DNA of 64,000 nucleotides from Candidatus Spongiisociaceae bacterium (GTDB lineage Bacteria; Actinomycetota; Acidimicrobiia; Spongiisociales; Spongiisociaceae): NCBI GenBank assembly GCA_965262915.1, contig OZ253564.1, positions 3,616,001 to 3,680,000 of the forward strand, read 5' to 3'. Shown piece by piece: positions 59,542 to 64,000 of this stretch (position 1 is its first letter; each line of letters starts with the position of its first letter). The notes under the pieces were generated by a model. It saw only the letters and a program-made list of their open reading frames with translations, ran no database searches and was not told where the DNA came from. The position numbers and the translations under genes were made by a program.

Positions 59542-60536
59542 TCGAGAAGAACCCCGGCTGGGGCATCGACCTCGGCTCCGAAGTCGAACTAACCCACCTC
59601 CGCCACGAAAAGATCTTCGAAGGTTCCATCTCCCTCCCCGGCGATGAAGGCGAGGTGACGACCATCTACTCCGGTACCGGGCCGATGACCGACCCCGACG
59701 AAGAGCCCCTGTCCGAGATCATCGCCCGCATCAACGAACGCTTCGGCACCGACTGGACCGAAGAAGACCAACTCGTATTCGAAGCCGCCGCCCAAGACCT
59801 CGTCAACGACGACGAGATCCGGAACCAGGCAATCAACAACGACGAGGCCACCTTCCGCGACCACGTCTTCGCCGGCCAGTTCGAGAAAGCCCTAGTGTCC
59901 CGGCACGACCGCAACGAGAAAGTCGTCTTCACCTACCTCGACAGCAAGGAGATGCAGGCCGCAGTGGCAGCGGTCTACGCAGCGAAGGTACAGAAACAGG
60001 CCATCGTCGCCCACCAACAGACCTGCCCGATCGGCGACCTCCTCGGCCCCGACCGCGAATCCCAATACCTCGAATACAAATCCACCCTCCGCTGGGACAT
60101 CAAGCAAGGACAGAAGTCCAAGGTCATCGAGACCTCTGCTATCAAGACCATCGCCGGCTTCGCCAACTCCTGGTACGGAGGCACCCTCCTAATCGGCGTA
60201 GCCGACGACGGCTCCATCCACGGCCTAGAAGACGACTACAACACCTTCTCCAAACGAGGCCAGGTCGGTGACCGCGACCTCTGGGGCCAACACCTCCAGA
60301 ACCTCATCCACCACCGCCTAGGCGACTACGCCCTCTCCCTAGTCGACTGGAAGTTCCACAAGATCGAGGGTCACGACCTAGCCCGCATCAACATCGAGCC
60401 CTCCGCCTACCCTGTCTACGACAAGAAGGGCAAGATCGAAACCTTCTGGCACCGCACCCCCACGAGCACCCTCGCCATCACCGATGAAAAGGAACGAGCA
60501 AGAATCATCGCCACCCGCTGGAGCCAAAGCGACTGA
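59542..60536 (+). pseudogene. C-terminal part of a type I restriction subunit (HsdR) fused to a Schlafen/AlbA_2 domain, 5'-truncated by ISL3
   Basis: Frame open from the IS end: IDLGSEVELTHLRHEK...EPLSEIIARINERFGTDWT (HsdR C-terminus). Then ESQYLEYKSTLRWD...KTIAGFANSWYGGTLLIGVADDG (AlbA_2). Confidence 0.75.
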
Positions 60537-60593
60537 GAGTCCCAGCGGCTGGGCAACGTTTGTAGAGACAATCCGACACTTCCGATGCTCCGG

Positions 60594-62538
60594 CTAGTAA
60601 CGAAGACCTACGATCCTCTGAACAATCGCCTCTAGCGTCGTACTCCGTTGGTCACGAGCGTGTGCTCTCCGAATCAGTTCACCCAGAACCACGGGATGCT
60701 TCTTGGCCTTACCTCTTGCGATTTGATGCTCGCCGGCGATCTCAGTGAGTAATTCATCGAACACGCCTCCAGAAATCTCGTTTCTGAGGGTCTTTTCAAG
60801 ATTCCCCTCCAAGCAGGCGTGACTATGCCACACCCCCGCAGGCCAATCAGTTTCTGCAGCCCCCACAATACGTAGGAGTAGTCTGTTCGTAGCAATGGAT
60901 CCCTTAGCTGCCGATGCGACACCGTTCTTGTCATTGTCCCATAAGAGGTATGAGCGAATACCTAGACTCTTGAACACAATTGCAGGACGGTCCATGGTCG
61001 CCTTACCCCCGCAAGGGACAACGGTCACTCCTATCGATGCCAGTTCGTATCCCATTGACTCTGCCACACCTAGCAAGGCTGCCCTATCGCTCTCTCCCTC
61101 GACTAGCACCACGACATCCGCCGAAGACTCCTTCGTTCATCCACGGCGTCATTACGGTCTGCATACGGGTGCGTAATGACTGCGGTGTGAACGGCTCACC
61201 ATGGCAACCCAACAGTTCCCAGAGCTCCTTAGCTACTTGCTGCAAGTTGGCGTCGGTAACTAAGGTGATATTGGGCCATCCTGACTTGGAACACTCTTTA
61301 CGTAGGACTCTGATCTGATCAAAGCGATCTAGCCCTACAAAGAGGGGAGAGTGCGTACTATAGATTACCTGAGTCCTATTGTTCTCGCTCGCAAGCGAAC
61401 CCTCTGTCAGTCGCCGCAGCACCGACGCGAAATGTCTCTGTCTGCTCGGATGCTGATACAGTTCGGGTTCCTCGATCGCCAAGACTAGATTCGGAATGAT
61501 TGGATGTGAGGCTGAATCGTCCTTCCCGTATTGTTGTCCTCTCGTAGTCGCAAGATGATGGAGCATAGTGAGAATGAAAGCACGTTGTAGACCATGTCCG
61601 GTTCGCTCTACCGAAGTCTCGTAGCTGTCTTCGGATAGATTTACCTCTACCGTTGGGGTCGGAATCTTAACTTGAACAAGGTCCGACCAATCAAGCGACA
61701 TACTTGCATCAGATACGTATTGCTGAAGTGTCTCGGTGAGCGAACTCTGAAGATGACGTAGTTCAGCCCAACGGTGGGGGTCTAGGATGTGTTGCAATCG
61801 AGTCTGGGCCTCATCCTGGAGAGCCGCTAAGTCTTCACTAACCTGTAACACATTACGCACAACCAAGTCCATAAGCTCGGTGATACAAGAGCCTTTCCCT
61901 TCAACTGCATCCTCGGACGCATCTCGGACCGCCGGTACTTTGATGTAGCGGATATAGCGCTCCAAGTACCCGTGAGCGACTCCCTTGAAACCAAAGAACT
62001 GTCCGTTGTCTCTCATCAACTCACACTCATCAACACGTTCACTCTCCCACTCATCAAGAGCCTCGAGGGCATCATCAGCAGACCTCACCGCGGGAAGTGA
62101 ACTGTACTTTTGGTCCTTTCGTGCCTCCCGATAGGCCGCAAGTACCTGGCCCTTTGGTCCTGCGTTGCGTATGTTATTGAATCTGGGATGTTGTAGATGG
62201 AAACCATGAAACCTTACGTTTGGCGTCGGAGATCCCGAGTCCTCGATCACCTTTGCTACTGTGAGGCGCCTATCGGTAATGTATTTTGAGAAGAGTCTAG
62301 TTTCCTCTCGGGTCAGTTCCGAAAACGTGATAATGATCTCAATAGGCTTGGATGTGTCTTCGTTATAGAAGTCTGCGGTTGTCACCTGTACTGCTGAATC
62401 ATAGAAAAGATCTAGCGCGCTTAGGAACGAGGACTTTCCAGACCCGTTACGCCCTACGAGAGCAGTGAGCGAGTCACAATACAAGGTCTGGTCATGGATT
62501 GATCTGTAGTTCTTAACAAGAACACTCTCGATAATCAT
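60594..62538 (-). pseudogene. OLD-family ATP-dependent nuclease (ABC ATPase + TOPRIM), one frameshift near 61120
   Basis: NYRSI, LVGRNGSGKS, GHGLQR, IEEPELYQHP, STHSP. TOPRIM VLVEGESD, GGK and WDND in the second frame. Confidence 0.88.
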
Positions 62539-62690
62539 AGTAGATACATGCTAGGTCACATACGCTTCAGTAGTGTCCGGTATCGCTCTAGAAGCATTGC
62601 TTCACCCCTAAGATGGTGTCTTTCTGGGTCCCGACACGGTCAATCTCCTCGCCCAGCCCTTTGATGATCGGTACAGGGCTGCGCGAGTTT

Positions 62691-63701
62691 CTAAGCCTGG
62701 CTTGATGGCCCGGTACCAATTCGCCTGATTACCTCAACCATCGTGCTTGGGGAGTCTGGTTCGTGACCGCTTCGGAGAAAGCCGCTTGACTGTGGGGCGA
62801 AGATGGCTCGTGTCGCCTCAAGGAGTACGGCGTCCTTTGTCTCTTTGTCGTCGGCAGCGCTCACGAAGGTCTCGAAGGTCCGAAGGGCGTTCTGCCGGTG
62901 ACGGTTGACCGTTTGGTTGTGCTTGGAAGACGTGTACTGACGAATCGTGAAGCCGAGCGCGAATGCAAGCAGCGTCAGAGCGGCGAACCGCCCACCAATC
63001 TCACGGACGATCTCGCCGGTCGTCGCAGCTGATGGGATCCTGGCCAACAGGAGCCACCCCACAGCCACGGCTGAGAGGACCCCTAAACCGAACACTGTCC
63101 AGAGCCATCGGCGAGCGGTGGCTGCATCTTCGTTCATCTGGTCCTCAAACACTATTGACTGCTGCCCGACCCCCGCTTCGGCTGCGGCCGCTCAGACGCT
63201 TAGTAGAGCGGCGTCCATCTCCTGACGGATTCGGTCTTGCTCCGCACGGGTGTCGGCGGTGAACTCATCGAGTTCCCGCATTTTGTCGCGAGCTGCGGCG
63301 TCTAACGCATTGAAGTCGGTCTGCTTCACCAGCAGATAGCCGATGTACGCCCCGAACTCGGACATGTGCTGGTCGTAGTCCACTTCGAGTTGGTGAAGCA
63401 AGCTGTCACGCGTTCCCGTTGGATTGGACTGATTTAGGTTGAAGCCTCGAACCTGTTCTAGCCAGTTGAGTGTGACGTCCGCCCTGTGGCTCATTCTCTG
63501 CAGAAACTCCACCGGCAGGATGCGGAAGTCCAAGGAACCAAGGTCCTTGAACAGGGACACCGTCATCTTCAGTACCGGGACACCATCCTCGAAATTCGCG
63601 GTGCCGAGGTCCGGACGGACGAGTTCCTTCGATGTATCAATCCTTGAAAGGGTCTCTAATTGGTTGTCTAGTGTGGTTAACAACTGTTCACGTTGAGACA
63701 T
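62691..63701 (-). pseudogene. Coiled-coil plus two-TM membrane protein with an in-frame TGA at 63192-63194
   Basis: ORFs 63192..63701 and 62691..63152 share a frame, separated by one stop and 13 sense codons. Confidence 0.7.
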
Positions 63702-64000
63702 TGGCTCCCAGAACCTGTGCGACTCGCTCGAATCCAGAGCAAGGGTAGTGGTGGCGGGGCAAGATCGCGGGAACCCAGAAGTTGACGGCCCAGACAGCCA
63801 CCGACCCGGCCGACCATCCGTCGGTGACCTGTCCCGAGCTTGGGAACTGAGCCGTGGCGTGTCCTGCAGCGTTCACAGCAACGCGTGGTGTCCGGCAGCA
63901 GTATCAGCGGCGGTACGCTCTGTCGGGACCCTGCTCTACCTTGGCCTCGTGTCGTTCCAATCGTCCGTGGTCAAGGGAACCAGGTCGTCCTCGTCGTGGA

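Noticed and set aside
62677-62686. GGCTGCGCGA matching the ISL3 terminal repeat
   Set aside because: Only 10 bp with no further IS sequence, compatible with chance.
9310-63194. TGA recoding or selenocysteine suggested by in-frame TGAs at 9310 and 63192
   Set aside because: Many intact genes end in TGA, and TAG stops and frameshifts also interrupt genes, so ordinary pseudogenisation explains it.

Overview
High-GC bacterial DNA, probably actinobacterial (inferred from gene content and IS types), in three parts. (1) About 1-46 kb is a catabolic island for nitrogenous organics. It holds NitT/TauT and polyamine-type ABC importers, a Rieske oxygenase, hydantoinase/oxoprolinase A+B, a class III aminotransferase and molybdenum hydroxylase subunits. 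It also has three M29/NicX-like paralogs and an 11-gene run around a B12-dependent acyl-CoA mutase with a non-canonical substrate pocket. (2) Two dense IS nests lie at 22.4-26.7 kb and 46.3-55.8 kb, containing IS110, ISL3, IS630, IS1182 and IS982 elements. The insertion sites can be rebuilt by eye. One IS110 sits inside the predicted bridge-RNA donor loop of a second IS110, which sits inside the left end of an ISL3. For both IS110s the non-coding end carries short guide-like matches to the actual target and to its own circle junction. Two of the IS110 recombinases carry an extra C-terminal XRE-like HTH. (3) About 57-64 kb is a decaying defence-like island with a HEPN-motif protein, an HsdR C-terminus fused to a Schlafen/AlbA_2 domain, a frameshifted OLD nuclease and a nonsense-interrupted membrane protein. 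Pseudogenes and deletion scars are frequent. No rRNA, tRNA or CRISPR array was seen. All family calls come from motif recognition by eye, with no database searches.
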